Of a stretch of 64,000 nt of DNA, positions 52,301-64,000 are shown piece after piece (within the stretch, counting starts at the first letter, position 1; each line of letters begins with the position of its first letter). Under the pieces are notes generated by a model that was not told the origin of the DNA, did not search any database, and was given only the letters and a program-made list of their open reading frames with translations. Origin of the DNA: Takakia lepidozioides. Its lineage: Eukaryota > Plantae > Bryophyta. The position numbers were made by a program, and so were the translations under genes. Location: contig CM060732.1 of the NCBI GenBank assembly GCA_030704615.1, forward strand, positions 76,260,001 through 76,324,000, read 5' to 3'.

Positions 52301-55300
52301 ACCTCATTTCCAGGACCTAAGTTGTCCAAGTTCTGAGCTCTTTGATCAAGTTTCCTGCAAACCATCTGCGTGGTAAGGTTGCAATGACTTGATAGAGGTG
52401 TTGTTTGAATACAAAATGCAATACAATCATGCTTGACATAGCAGCTATTCGCATTACACAGAGCTATCTCCTACTCTCCATCATGGAGCAGAATAACAGT
52501 TCATGGAAAACCATGAACCATTCTACCTATCACTGTGGTATCTAAGATGGGAGGGAAACCTGTATTTGATCATATAAAAGTACACCACCACCCACCCCGA
52601 TCACCTCTGTAGATATGGAGTCAATGTTGAGTCTGGATCAAGAGGAAATGTTTTGAAGGCTGTATTGTCTATCAATTTCTGGGAATACACAGATCCTTTC
52701 TTGTCAAGACAAGACAAGACAAGCCTTATCTCTCTCTGGCAATCAAAGTCTTATGAGTACATCTCTCTCTCTCTCTAAACCCTGGTGGGTGCAAACCCAA
52801 CAAAAGGTTCATGGAGCGTTGGTTTCCAGCGGGGTCAATGGCCATAAGGCTATTGCAAAGCCAACCTTCGCAGGGAACGGGATGAGTACACTCTCTCTCT
52901 CTCTCTATCTCTACGTACTAAATACTAAATACTAACCCTGCCCTTGGCACTACACTGAAATTTAAACTCAAGGCGGAATCCTACTTTTGAACAAAAACAG
53001 ACGCAGAGAGGAAGAGGAGATTGTAATTGCCGAGCGGGTAGCCTGACCTCATTTTCTGATACACTGTCCTGGAAATTCTCACCAGTGAGTGACCCTCTTC
53101 AGGACCATCAAGACCATTGTCCTCGCACTTCTCTTCACCAACTTTGAGGCTGAGCCTAAAGCATTGGCACTGTTGGGGTCTAATTGCTGGGCAGCTCACA
53201 CAGGCAAGTTGATGCTTGTGTGAAGGGCTTTCTAAAAGGTATCTCGAAACACGAACTAAGGTCTCTATCAAGGTAAGTCGCACTACCGGAGTGAGCCCCT
53301 CACAACGGTAGTATCTGTTCCCTTTTGTTCCGCCCAAACTGGGCACAAGGTCTATGGCCACAAGGCTATGCAAACAAAGTCTTATCAGTACATTCTCTAA
53401 ATACTAATTGTGTATACCAAGGTAAGTCCCACTACCGGAGTGAGCCCCTCACAAAGGTAGTGTCTGCTCCCATTAATTCCACCAAGCTGGGCCGGGGGTC
53501 TATGGCCACAACACTACGGCAAACAACATGAGTACATTCTCTCTTTAAATACATCTCATTTCCAGATAATCCTCATATTTCCCAGGGTGATTCCTGAGAG
53601 CAGTTACTTATGCCAAAACGAGAGCTTCTTGTGTAGTTTTTGGGGTGCGGCCATTAAACATGCCACTTTCTGATAGAATGGCTGGGGTATTCTCATGAGA
53701 GAGCGACCCTCTTCGTGACCATCACCCCTGCATCTCTCTTCACCAACTTTCAAAATCTCGAGCTGAACCTAAAGACCTGGCTAAGTTGGGGTCTAATTGC
53801 TGGGCAGCTCACACACAACAGATTGATGTTTGTGTGAAGGGATTTCTAGAGGAAATCTGGAAATGCCAAACCGATTGTGTCTCCCAAATGTAGGTCCCAC
53901 TACTGGAGTGAGTCCCTCACAAAGGTAGTGTCTGTTCCCTCTTGTTCCACCCGAGCTAGGGTCTATGGCCACAAGGCTACCAGAAACGTCGTCTTATGAG
54001 TACATTATGTGGTCTGTATTCACGGGTATGGACATTCATATGCCTGCCGGTTTTCTTTCTGTCTCTATTCTCTTCAGTTCCTGCTACAGCCCTATTTCGT
54101 GTAACGAGGAATATGTGCTGAACTTCGTTGGTCCAACAACCTGCTAAAAGAAGGGCTAGTGTTGTTAATGCACCATCAAACAAACTAGTAGCCACGCATT
54201 CAGCATCACACTGCGTAATCACACTACCCGTACCACCTATATGGAATACCTGTAACTGAGATTATTAGCTATTTAAGTGCTACAGAAAGTTTAGCCAAAG
54301 CTTCTTATATTGAGCACCCCCATTCTGGGAAGTTGTACCACATACAATGAGCCCCTCTGCCCTGGATCAATGTGCTCCAGACATGCATAGGAAATCCTCC
54401 AATCAACCTACAAAGTAGTCAGACAGGACAGAAACCACAAATAACCTAGTACCTGGAGTTGTTTGAGTGCCCAATCCACAATTTGAGCACGATGAAGCAG
54501 GCCCTCAGAATAATGCCATTGTGCCAGTCGTACCACGTAGCGCCACTTAGTGAGTACCTCAGGCTCTCCCTCTGCAGCTTCACCCCCTGCGGCAATGAGT
54601 TGTGGGCGTGAACGGGCTGCAACTGCAGGCTGGCACAGATCGTCAAGCAGCAATTGTGCATACTCCAACACGTCTTTGGTCCACAACTCCACCCGCTTAG
54701 CCTGTGACTTATCAGGCCCTCCTGCTGACATACCGATTGACATGGGTCGTACCTGGAAAGTGACCTCGAGGTAAGTAGCTCTCTTAAGGTAGGTAGCCTT
54801 GCTGGAAGCATATACAGCTAGTAAATCCTATTGTGGTCAAAAACACATGACATGTCTAGAAAATCTTGGCAAGATTCTTCCCTGGTAGTCGACCTGAGAC
54901 AGCTAAAGAGTACTCATAAGACGTCGTTTGCCGTAGCCTTGTGGCCATTGACCCTGCGCTCAGTTTGAGCAGAACACAAAGGGACAGAAACGTCAGGGGC
55001 TGACACCGGAAGTATGACTTACCTTAGAACAGACAATTAATCTTAGTTTTCCAGATATCCGCTAGAAATCCCTTTACACAAGAATCAATCTGCTGTATGT
55101 GGTTTGCCCAATAACTAGGCCCCAAAAGGGCCTGGGCTTTTGGCTCAGCCTCGAGACTTTCCAACTTGGAAAACAGAGGTTCAGGCACAATTCCCTTGAT
55201 GGATTTGAATCCCTCTCGCGAGTACTCAGGACAATGAATCAGAAAATGGATATCGTCTTCAGGTTGCCCACACAACGGGCAATTGCAAACCCTCTTTCCT

Positions 55301-58300
55301 CTCTGCATTTGTTTGCTGTTCAAAGGTGGGCTTCCCACCCTGAGTTAAAATTTCAGTCTAGTGCCAAGGGTGGTTAAACCCTTGAGGTCATCAATGATAT
55401 CCTCTCCCATGTCACAGAGTGGAAAACTGAGACAGCTAAAGAAACAAATTGGTTGTGCCCCATCTTCACCATAAAGCAACAACAGATGCCTCCTTGCCTG
55501 CATATGGGAGCCAGGCCTAGTACACCCTGAGCTTATAGTCAGGTTCAAGGAGAACCAAAAGAGACAGAAAATGTATTTATAACAGACCTGGTTGAGGTAC
55601 ATGATTTTGACAAACCAAGTTGCTCGTAGCAAAGGCACATCATGCTTGATGAGAGTCTCAAAGATGGTGCGCCGCCTGTAGCCATGTGGAACATGTTCTG
55701 CGAGAGATCGAAGCCTCTTCCGTTGCGACAAATCCTGCACTCACCAGAGATAGATCAGCTTGCCAGTCAGTTCAGGATTTTCTTGTGCGTTCCACTTGCA
55801 CAGCTCAAGCATTTGTCTTTTGCTTGTTTTGTCTGCAAACCTTGGGTCTTTCAGGATGTGCATGTCCGTATGCAGAACGGAAGACATGAAGGCATTGTTC
55901 TGGGGGGGGGAGAGAGGAAGGCCAACAGTGGTTCAACTTCAAAGGAACATTTTTGGGAGTACTCACCTCAATCCACTTCTTCCGAAAGTCTTCACCGCAT
56001 GTGCGTTGCTCAGGGAAGAGTCCGGACTTTGCTAACAAAGCCCCAGAGAGAGGCACCCCATATACTTGGCCTGCCTGGATTAGAATCAAAAGTTGTACAA
56101 CACAAGGTGTGAGGTAAAACCGTCAAGATGGAATAAAGGTCACTCTCTCTCACCCGCTTAAGCCACTACGACTGTTGCACTGTGGGTGGCCAACTATTGT
56201 ACCATCCTTTGAATTCAGCCATCCTGGAAGTGGACACATTCACATTTACAAATGCCCGGAAACTAAGTGGAGCCGGCAAGATCTAGAATGGCCGCACTCC
56301 ACCAGTAGGTGTAACATTCATACCTCAGTCAATGGTATTCAAGGCAGAGAAATCACTAGATAATAAGACTAAAAAACCACAATGACTAATAATTTCAGAC
56401 ACTACTTGTCAGCAGCTAACCTTGCGTTTTCGAATGAGAGCATTGTTGAGTGCCCGCAAACGCTTCCGAATAGCCTGAATATATAAAACCACACAAACCT
56501 CCTGCCATTAAGTCCTGTATTGCTACAACATGTCCTGATTGGAATTAAAATCATGCATCTGCAATGGGCAATGTTAGTAGATGCAATTTGAGTACCACTG
56601 CAAAACACCAGTCACCCAATGACTGAATGGACAAAAGAAATGAACAGCACCTCCTTGTACCGAGTGACATTTGGCTTTGTCCACAATGTAGTGCTCAATG
56701 TATGAGTTAGGGTAGCCTCCCTCCCCTCCTACAAAAACCCAGATTACAACACAAATTATCTTACACAGACGTTATGAGTCCATAGCATTTGTACTGCACA
56801 TATTTAAGGTCTCTCTTTCTCTCACTACCATGAGGGAGTCAACTGTCTCTTCTATCTCACACTATACCATGTCTCTCTGTTATGACACAAATACACAAAG
56901 CGAACATTCTTACATTAACTTGACATGACAATGTTGCAAAAACAATGGGAAAAAGCTGTATAGAAGATAAGAAAATCCAGCTGTGGGTTTAGCTCCAGAC
57001 ATTGGAAGGCCAGGAAATCTTGCTCTATTCAAAGGCTAACCAGTAATAGATAGTCCGTGACACATAAGGGGAAGTGACACAAGTGAAAGTCGGCATTCCC
57101 GTTCCCAGCATAGGACTGGCAAATAATTAGTTCCTTATGAAAGGGGGTCATTCATTCTCAAAAAACACTCACCTACCATATCCTAGAGTTGTGTAAAACA
57201 AGACAGACCTAAGCTTTTCGAGTGCTGCTTGTTTTGGCTGGTACTTCACAATTAGGTAGTATGGCTTCCATAATGTGGGTGTAGAGGAATTGTAAGTCAC
57301 CACAGGAGGAAGCCTTTCAGGATAATGGAAATGGTAATTTGGGTCACATCCATAGCAAGTGACGACAGCAGCGAAGCCTGCTGTTCCACTCTGGTCACTA
57401 TTTGTCATTTTGAATTTAGGTGCCAAGTGAGCTGCGTTTCTTCCGTGAATCCTTTGACTGCAAATTGCAATTTGAACTTCCCTTGTAAAGCTAGGAGGTA
57501 CACAGGCTCTCCTTGTGTGCGCCATTCTCTGGCAGCAAAAGTTTCCATGGCTCCATGCATCATTCAAGGTTCACAGACCTTTTCTTGTTTTACTGAAATC
57601 AAAATATAAACTTATGATAGAAGACAGATGAGTGACGGATTTCAAGCACTCAAGCCATTGTTTTCAGCCATTAGTTGACTGATGAATCAATTCGAATACA
57701 AAATTAGAGATATGGTAAACTGGCTCTACTTTTCACAGATTAATGGCGTGAAAACTGTAATGAAATAATGATCCAAAATGCATTACAACCAAGACATGTT
57801 TAAATTCCATACTTCCAGCATCAAAGTCAATTGATCTGAACATGTGGATGTGCAACTAAGTCTCCTACCCACAGGCACGGGCCCCAAACCATTAAAAACC
57901 CACACTAAAATCCACAAGTTTCCTAGGAAAACCTTAAAACAATAGCAGCTCCAGGACATACCTCAATGCCATCAATCACCTCCTTGTAGCCAATTTGACA
58001 AGATTCCCTATTTAGTATCTCTTCGGCACAGTTGGGGGTTGGGGGATAGAAGTCAGGTGGTCCAAGTCTGCATGTACATCTCACAGCTCAGACAAGAACA
58101 CACAAGGGACCGGAGGATGGGATGTTAATATAATTTTACCCTGCAGTACTGCACTACCTGTTATACACCTGCATAACCCAAACCGTTTGAGAGCACCCAT
58201 CTCAGCATAGATCTCAATGTACCAATATCTACATGGAGAAAGCCACCTGAATGTTCCAAAAATTTCAGTGACAGATGGCGTATATGGGTAACATACCGTA

Positions 58301-59103
58301 CACTTAAAGGCTCTCTTTCACACCGAAGCTTGTAAGGAGTGAGCTGTGTCTGGCGTCTGTGGAGGAAAGAAGCCCTAATATTAGCCACGTCCAAAGTCCA
58401 TGCTTTTTGGTTGCATGAGAATAGTCAGGGTTGGTTTACATGTCAGGGGATGCAAGGCTAGAGAGAAATCAATTGGGTTCAACCAACATATACTCACTTA
58501 ATACGAAAAGGTGATCCAGAGGCCATTTGATGGACATCAGAAGCATTTCACTTACTGGGGGCGTTACTAAGTCCTAGTCCATATGCAAGGAGGTTTTTGA
58601 ACGTTGGCCCAAACTGAGAGTACATAAACACAAAAGGACCTGAGAGGCCAAGACCTAAATTTTAGCACTCCCATCAGCTGCTTGTAAACCCATCAAGCAA
58701 ACTAACGGGTTGATTTCTGTAAGAGCAAGGTACCAATAAATTTCATGTCAACCCCCGGAGGAGGTGATTACACCAGGGTTGACCTAAAACAGGACAATTA
58801 GAGGGTATAAGGTTGTGGAGAGCTAAGTGCAGAGAATCGACGATTCTCGTAACAAGTTATAAGAGCAACACATCCCCATCTAAGGTTTGCAGGTCGGCAA
58901 CCAGACAGTTTGGGGACACAGACAAGTGAGAACCACATGCAGAGAGTCCGAAAAGGCCAGAATAAGACTTGCCTTGTTGCAAGTGAAAACGTGGAGGGGT
59001 TCTGGAAGGGAGGCTCAGAGGAGCGCGAGGTGTCGCGAGCTTGCGGTACTCCGCCACCGCCGGAAACTCCGCTGCTGCCCCCAGCAGCAGAGTAACGGTG
59101 CAT
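40307..59103 (-). CDS. MED12: Mediator subunit 12 (CDK8 module), about 2288 aa. Exons 59103-58973, 58356-58297, 58067-57962, 56728-56651, 56474-56421, 56074-55967, 55734-55588, 54752-54453, 48956-46441, 45886-45215, 44968-44002, 43445-43158, 43023-42356, 42060-41724, 40741-40307
   Basis: Plant MED12 motifs MHRY.., LTPYKLRCERE, LGPPDFYP, AGQVYGVPLSG, LRSLAEHVPHGYRR..VPLLRATWFVK, PDTFVALDCFPLP and DPWTLLEDG..WLKGAVRVRR. Exon lengths sum to 6867 nt, in frame. Confidence 0.95.
41042..41645 (-). mobile_element. Two stacked 5'-truncated LINE 3' copies in MED12 intron 14; the second has an internal duplication of about 90 bp
   Basis: Match 50925-51176 (EAEPKA..KGFLEDIWK..TTATGAGTAC). 41319-41407 is repeated at 41408-41498, and the flank is GA-rich. 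Confidence 0.85.
49168..51191 (+). mobile_element. 5'-truncated non-LTR retrotransposon (RTE/RTEX-like RT with C-terminal CCHC), frameshifted, in MED12 intron 8
   Basis: YKKGDREEPGNYRGITLL, QAGFRRNRGCVDHIF, QGCTLSPLLF, MFADD, YTYLG, KFKLRAGSLPLN..CPLCG..EDSIHFLIHCP. (TC)n on both sides (49147-49167 and 51179-51191). Confidence 0.9.
52729..54005 (+). mobile_element. Cluster of about 5 head-to-tail LINE 3' fragments separated by TC tails
   Basis: Ends ..ATGAGTAC(A), or ATCAGTAC, at about 52760, 52890, 53391, 53535 and 54003, mostly followed by TC runs. Confidence 0.85.
54910..55426 (-). mobile_element. 5'-truncated LINE copy in MED12 intron 7
   Basis: Matches 50650-51176 and has a 16-bp TSD CTGAGACAGCTAAAGA (54894-54909 and 55427-55442). 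Confidence 0.9.
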
Positions 59104-60586
59104 CTCTCCCTATTGCTTCCCGCATCGTCCCGGATGCCTGCATGCCAGGCTTTGGCTTTGGCTCACGCATGCGTCACTCACACTCCCTGCATACGAGAAA
59201 ATTTCCTCATTGGCTGCTTTCGTTGGTTGCATGGCTCGATCGCTCTACAGAAACCTCCACTCCTGCACTCCTACCACATCAAACTCTATCCCCCCTCTCT
59301 CTATCTTCTCCTCCCTCCCCCTCTCACTCCTTCCTCGCCTTCATACACTTTTCCAAGCATCACATTCACTACACTCATCACTGCTGCCATCGATCATCGC
59401 CCTCACGCACCACAATGACGCAAACACGAATGCAGGGCGCAAATCCAGGGCCTGACTCCACGTCCCATACTGCCCTCTGGCACCTGGGTCAACTATGTTG
59501 CTGCCCACCCCCTTTCTCATCCGTTCTTCATATTCTGGATCCAACCAAACAACCTCCAAGGAACTGTAATTGTCCGCACCCGCGGCTCGTCACTCCACTG
59601 AACGCTTACCGCCCTGGAGGTAATATAAAGAATACAACCGATATGCCCGTCTAAAAATATCGATTTTGTCGTGGAATCACTCATCCACGGCACCTGCTCA
59701 ATTTACCGTCCATTACTCATCCATTTGGATGTCTTACATCCCCATTCGTGCGTGCAACTTCATGGCACGGGGACTGGAAGATGAACTTCGGGCTTGTCTT
59801 CATGTTCCCATTACTGGGAACGTGATCCCGTTGATTGGGAACCAGGGAAACGAGTTCTCCAGAATAGCGGGTTCGTTAGCCCGCTGGGATCTGGAATATC
59901 CTGCTGTGAAGTCCCACTAGCCAGGTGGGCGCCAAAAGGACGAGGATGCACGGTTCAGCAAATTATATCCATTGATTGGATAACATGTGTCCACTTCGCA
60001 TTGGGTGTAAGTACTGACACAGTGACTCAGTTTTTTAAATGTATGGTCTGGAAATGAACGGATGAATTGATTCGGGAGAGCTCTCGTGGGAAACGAGGTA
60101 GGTGGATGAAATCGTGTTTCATCCATCTGGACGGGCAGAGAGTATGTGTGCAGGTGAGAAAGACGCACATGGCGCGCGGAGAGCAGCGAGCTCTGACCAT
60201 TTGCGTACGCGTTCATCTTGATTGTCTAACTTATATTGTTGCCTGCCGTCAATCTGTGCGATATTGTACACGCGCTGCTTTCATTTGTGGATTGTCGGTA
60301 CCAAGTTCTTGTTGCTGGTGTATAATTTGTATCTCTGATGCTTGCAAGTGTGTTCTTCTTCTCAGCATCATCAAACATCTTTAGTAGGATTTTGAATTGA
60401 GCCTCTGCCCTCGCCGTGCTGCGGAGGAGTGTTTTTCTTGCTTTTCACGTCGACAGAAGTTGATTTCTCAGAATAGTACGCTGATAAGGTCAGAGTTCCT
60501 CACGTTAGTGTAGAAGAGGTTCGGTACGGAAGCAGCAACGGAGACACCGCGCAATTGTATGAAGCAGAGAAGTATCCGAAGCAGAA

Positions 60587-63500
60587 ATGAAGTTCCTCGA
60601 ATACACTCCCCTTGCCAGGTCTTGCACGAATGCGTTCGTCTTCTTTAAGAGAATCTCGTCTGCTAAGTCAATTAGGTCTTCAGTGGCCGTTGTTTTACCT
60701 GCTTTGTTTCTTGATTTCCTGATCTTCCATTTTCTCGCATTATGCAATATATTCTCACTGAACAGGATGACATTCTAGTTTCATGCAGAATAAACTCGTT
60801 TTTGGGCCATGTCAACCTCGGGGGATGCCTCATCCAAGGTGTTCTCGAAGCGTATTCTTGTAAGTTGGCTCTTTGAACGCCTCTGCGCTGTACATTGAAA
60901 ACCCAGAGTAGGGACGCCTCTCTCTTGAAACCCTGTTTTGCTGCGATGCGTCTGTCCTCACATCGATTCCAATCTATGTGGATTCACGTACACAAGTCGT
61001 CACTCCGTAAAAAGTGGTGAGAGTCTGTGACTGTCCGTGAAATTCAGTGTCTAGCCTCTGTGTACGGCCTTAGCCTCGTATAATTGGGAGAAGGACTATG
61101 GTGTGTGCAATCTGGGCTTTCTCAGGTAAGCTGGCAGGCACTGACAAAAAACTTTCCCGGAGTTTGGAGCAAGAGGTTGGTGCAGACATCTCTGGTTCAC
61201 CCTCAATTCAATTAGAAAATGTACACTCCTGAATATTTATTTGTTATAGGAGACCTGTAAGTATAGGTAGTCGGCAGGACGTTAACTCCTTCAGGAAAGA
61301 AGAGGTCTTTAAGTGTTGACTGGTGGACAATGTTATATAGGTGGTGGATGCGTTGGCCTTTTCACCTCAGAAGCTCTCCACGTCTCCAGTGGGCCCTCTG
61401 TCTAGCTCAGCCAGGTGCCTCTATCTGCCCCCATGTCATCATAGGATAGACCTGAGTTATTCCTAACTAGAGCCTGCCTGGTTGCTGGAATTCCTGTAGT
61501 GCGCTGTTCCTCACCCTCATATGTACAATCATGGTCAAGCACAATGCACATCCAGCATTTTTGAAGTGTATGTTAGATCAATTATGGTTAAATGCAGGAA
61601 GACATTTAATGTTGTGAGAACCTCATGTGTGATTGTGGGATGTGTCAATGGCACTTGGTCTCCATGTTAGTTTCTCCCTGTTATGCAGATTTTTTCTTGG
61701 AATGAAATATTTGCTGAATTTTTTGTGGAAAAGTCTGGTGAAGAAAGTTTGCTGCCACATGTGTCTCCAGCCGCAGGACATTGATCTACCTCATCCTCAC
61801 ACTGAATCACATGTATCCAGACTACGACTTTAGGTAAAGACAAATTTCCAATTGGCCGTCCAATTCCATCAGCTTGTGCGCCATTCTCACTTTGTCTGAA
61901 AATGTGGTAACATCGCTTTTTGTTTTGTCGCATCGTCTGATAGTGGATTTGAGAAGTGATCATGGAGTCAGCTTGTTGTCCAAATTACTTGAGGGTAGAA
62001 ATGGATCTATGTGGGTAATGACAGTGTCAACTCCAGAAGTGGCCTGCAACCCGATTTGTTTCAAAGGGGAATTGGAAGTGGTGTCAAAAGGTTGACAAGC
62101 GGTATGACGCCGTTGCTCCTGAAGGAGCTGAGAGTTCAAGTCTCTCCATTTCCTCTTGCTCCCCATGTCCTTCCATCAGATGGGAGGTTGTAAACAAATA
62201 GTTGTCACTAATGAAGGGAGACAGAGACACACACAGATCTAGGTCCTAACTAGGCGGATTCATGTTTGCAAACCACAGTATGTTGCAGCCTCATCATTTT
62301 TCAAAAGAGCAAGGAGTCAGTGCTGCAAAGCAGAAGATTGACCAGTACTTGCTGGAAGCTACCAAGGTAGGGTGTGTTGTGCTTCCTTCATGCACTTTTC
62401 ACCAAATTTTCCTTCTTGTTGACATTTTCAGCTGGCTCGCACATATTTACGTATCATAATTGCTTTGTCTATGTGCTTTTCTAGCAGATCTGGGCAACTG
62501 ACCTTGGTGAAGAGACACCTCTTGTAGAGTGCATCTGGAGTGCCATTGACGAGGTTGGCTTCCATTATTGCTGAGAATCAGCACCAGTCCTTGCTATGGA
62601 TTGTTCACACACTGCCAGACTACATTGTTATGACAATTGTTTCTTTCCATACTAATGTGTAGACTTTGGTTTTGCTTCTCATCTTATGTTTTCCATCGTT
62701 ACCTGTTCTGCGCTCCATTCGTTTCAAAATGCGACTTGGTGTGAAGTTACTCCTGACCTCATGTGACAAATGAAGTTCCACTGATTTGCAGGTTATGCGA
62801 CTTGAGGAGTGTGATGTGTATAGTTATATGCCAGATGTGGAAGGAGATCCTTTTGCGGATATTGGCACCATGTAAGTGATTCGTTTAGAAGGTCATCACT
62901 GGAGTGGTCACTTCTTACCCATTGTTTTTTCTTTCAATGCTAGAACTGACAATCCAATAAGTACCCTACTTTTGGCCTATGCAATTGGCACAAGATGAAC
63001 TGCTCACACAGTGACACCTATTCCGGGGCTAGCACCATTGACCCTAAGAACTTTTATCCTGGTACATATCTTCCCATGATTATGCTTGCAGCCTACCATG
63101 ACTTGCAATCTAAAACTAAGTAAGGTGCATTGCGGGATGACCACAACTGACGCAGCCATCTTCCTTCTGCCGAGGCTCCAGCAAGCGTCCAACCCACAAC
63201 ATACAGAAGGTCACAGAATCATTTAACACTTGCACAACAGTACAAACACAGTGTCGCATTCCTGACGAGGAAGCTGAAGGGCTGCTGCGCATTGCAGGCT
63301 CTGCAAAGGATCCAGCTACCAAGCCATGCCTGCCTCACGCACAGATAGATGTTTCTCTGCCCCCTATCCCTCACACTAATCTGCAAAATTGCAGGACCTT
63401 TCTCTTGCTGCTCTGCAACATTAATGCTGACTTGCAGCTAAAGTTCACCAGTTCTGTGTCCTGGCCTTTGAGGTCAATGTGGTGTTATATAAATGGGGCC

Positions 63501-63838
63501 AGGTGGTTCAAAGCATTTTTGCTACTCCACTGACAGGAAAAGTTGGTGGTGGCTTGTAGATGGTCATTCAACTACTTCTTCTACAACAAGAAGCTGAAGC
63601 GCATACTCTACTTCAGTTCACGCTGCCTGAGGTGAGTCTTGGTGTTTTTCAGCAGATTGTTGAATACCGGATATAGAACTTCACCTGAGTTCAATTTTGT
63701 TGTAGAAAATGGCTGAAGAAAGTGGCATTTTGTCTTGGTTAAATTGTGTGCAGTAAGTCCATTGATGAGTCTTCAAGTGATGATGGCGTCAGCGAAGAGG
63801 ACCTGGATTTCACGGAAGGCATGGACTTGGAGGAGTGA
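60587..63838 (+). CDS. MAF1: Repressor of RNA polymerase III transcription MAF1, about 226 aa. Exons 60587-60618, 60789-60859, 61126-61175, 61341-61414, 61771-61833, 62279-62366, 62488-62553, 62792-62871, 63560-63631, 63754-63838
   Basis: MKFLEYTPLARINSFLGHVNLG, LEAYSCKLAGTDKKLS, SRRTLIYLILTLNHMYPDYDFS, ECDVYSY, WSFNYFFYNKKLKR and an acidic tail. All introns GT-AG; 681 nt, in frame. Confidence 0.95.
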
Positions 63839-64000
63839 AGTTCCCCAGGCTTGTCAAATGTGTGCTTGTAGGTGGATGTAAAAGTTGTACCGTGACCATA
63901 GCTTGTAAATATTTGCCAGTTTTTGAGCTGGACAGACACCGTAGAGAAGTTTTTCCTTTGTATATTTGTGGCTAGGGTACAGGCCCTTCAGGCACTAGTG

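Noticed and set aside
51300-52700. Possible hidden exon or nested gene in MED12 intron 8
   Set aside because: Exons 8 and 9 already join in frame (KQLQ/EKE), and no convincing ORF or RNA motif was found.
58887-59654. 255-aa antisense ORF over the MED12 5' end
   Set aside because: Low-complexity shadow of the GC-rich exon and CT-rich leader, with a non-ATG start and no motif.
63993-64000. CACTAGTG at the window edge as a CACTA start
   Set aside because: Only 8 bp are visible, and it lies in the likely MAF1 3' UTR.

Overview
Eukaryotic nuclear DNA from a land plant, probably a non-seed plant of bryophyte grade (inferred from the gene and transposon repertoire). Bases 1-25.3 kb are a deeply nested, decayed transposon block. 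It contains the right end of a CACTA element carrying an FCP1/SCP-like phosphatase domain gene, inserted into a self-priming Tcn1/Tf1-like Ty3 element, which sits in a tRNA-Met-primed LTR fragment. It also contains piggyBac-like transposase pieces interrupted by a chromodomain Ty3 element (TSD CAGCA) that holds an antisense copy of its own family (TSD AAGAC). Bases 25.7-64 kb are gene-rich: an F-box pseudogene, a 3-exon SPX gene, the 15-coding-exon Mediator subunit MED12 (- strand, about 2288 aa) and, head-to-head with it, the 10-coding-exon Pol III repressor MAF1 (+ strand, about 226 aa). Introns carry many copies of a (TC)n-tailed RTE/RTEX-like LINE, and the intergenic DNA holds tRNA-derived SINEs and a TIR element. 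Gene models were assembled by hand from splice sites and recalled homologues; no database searches were run.
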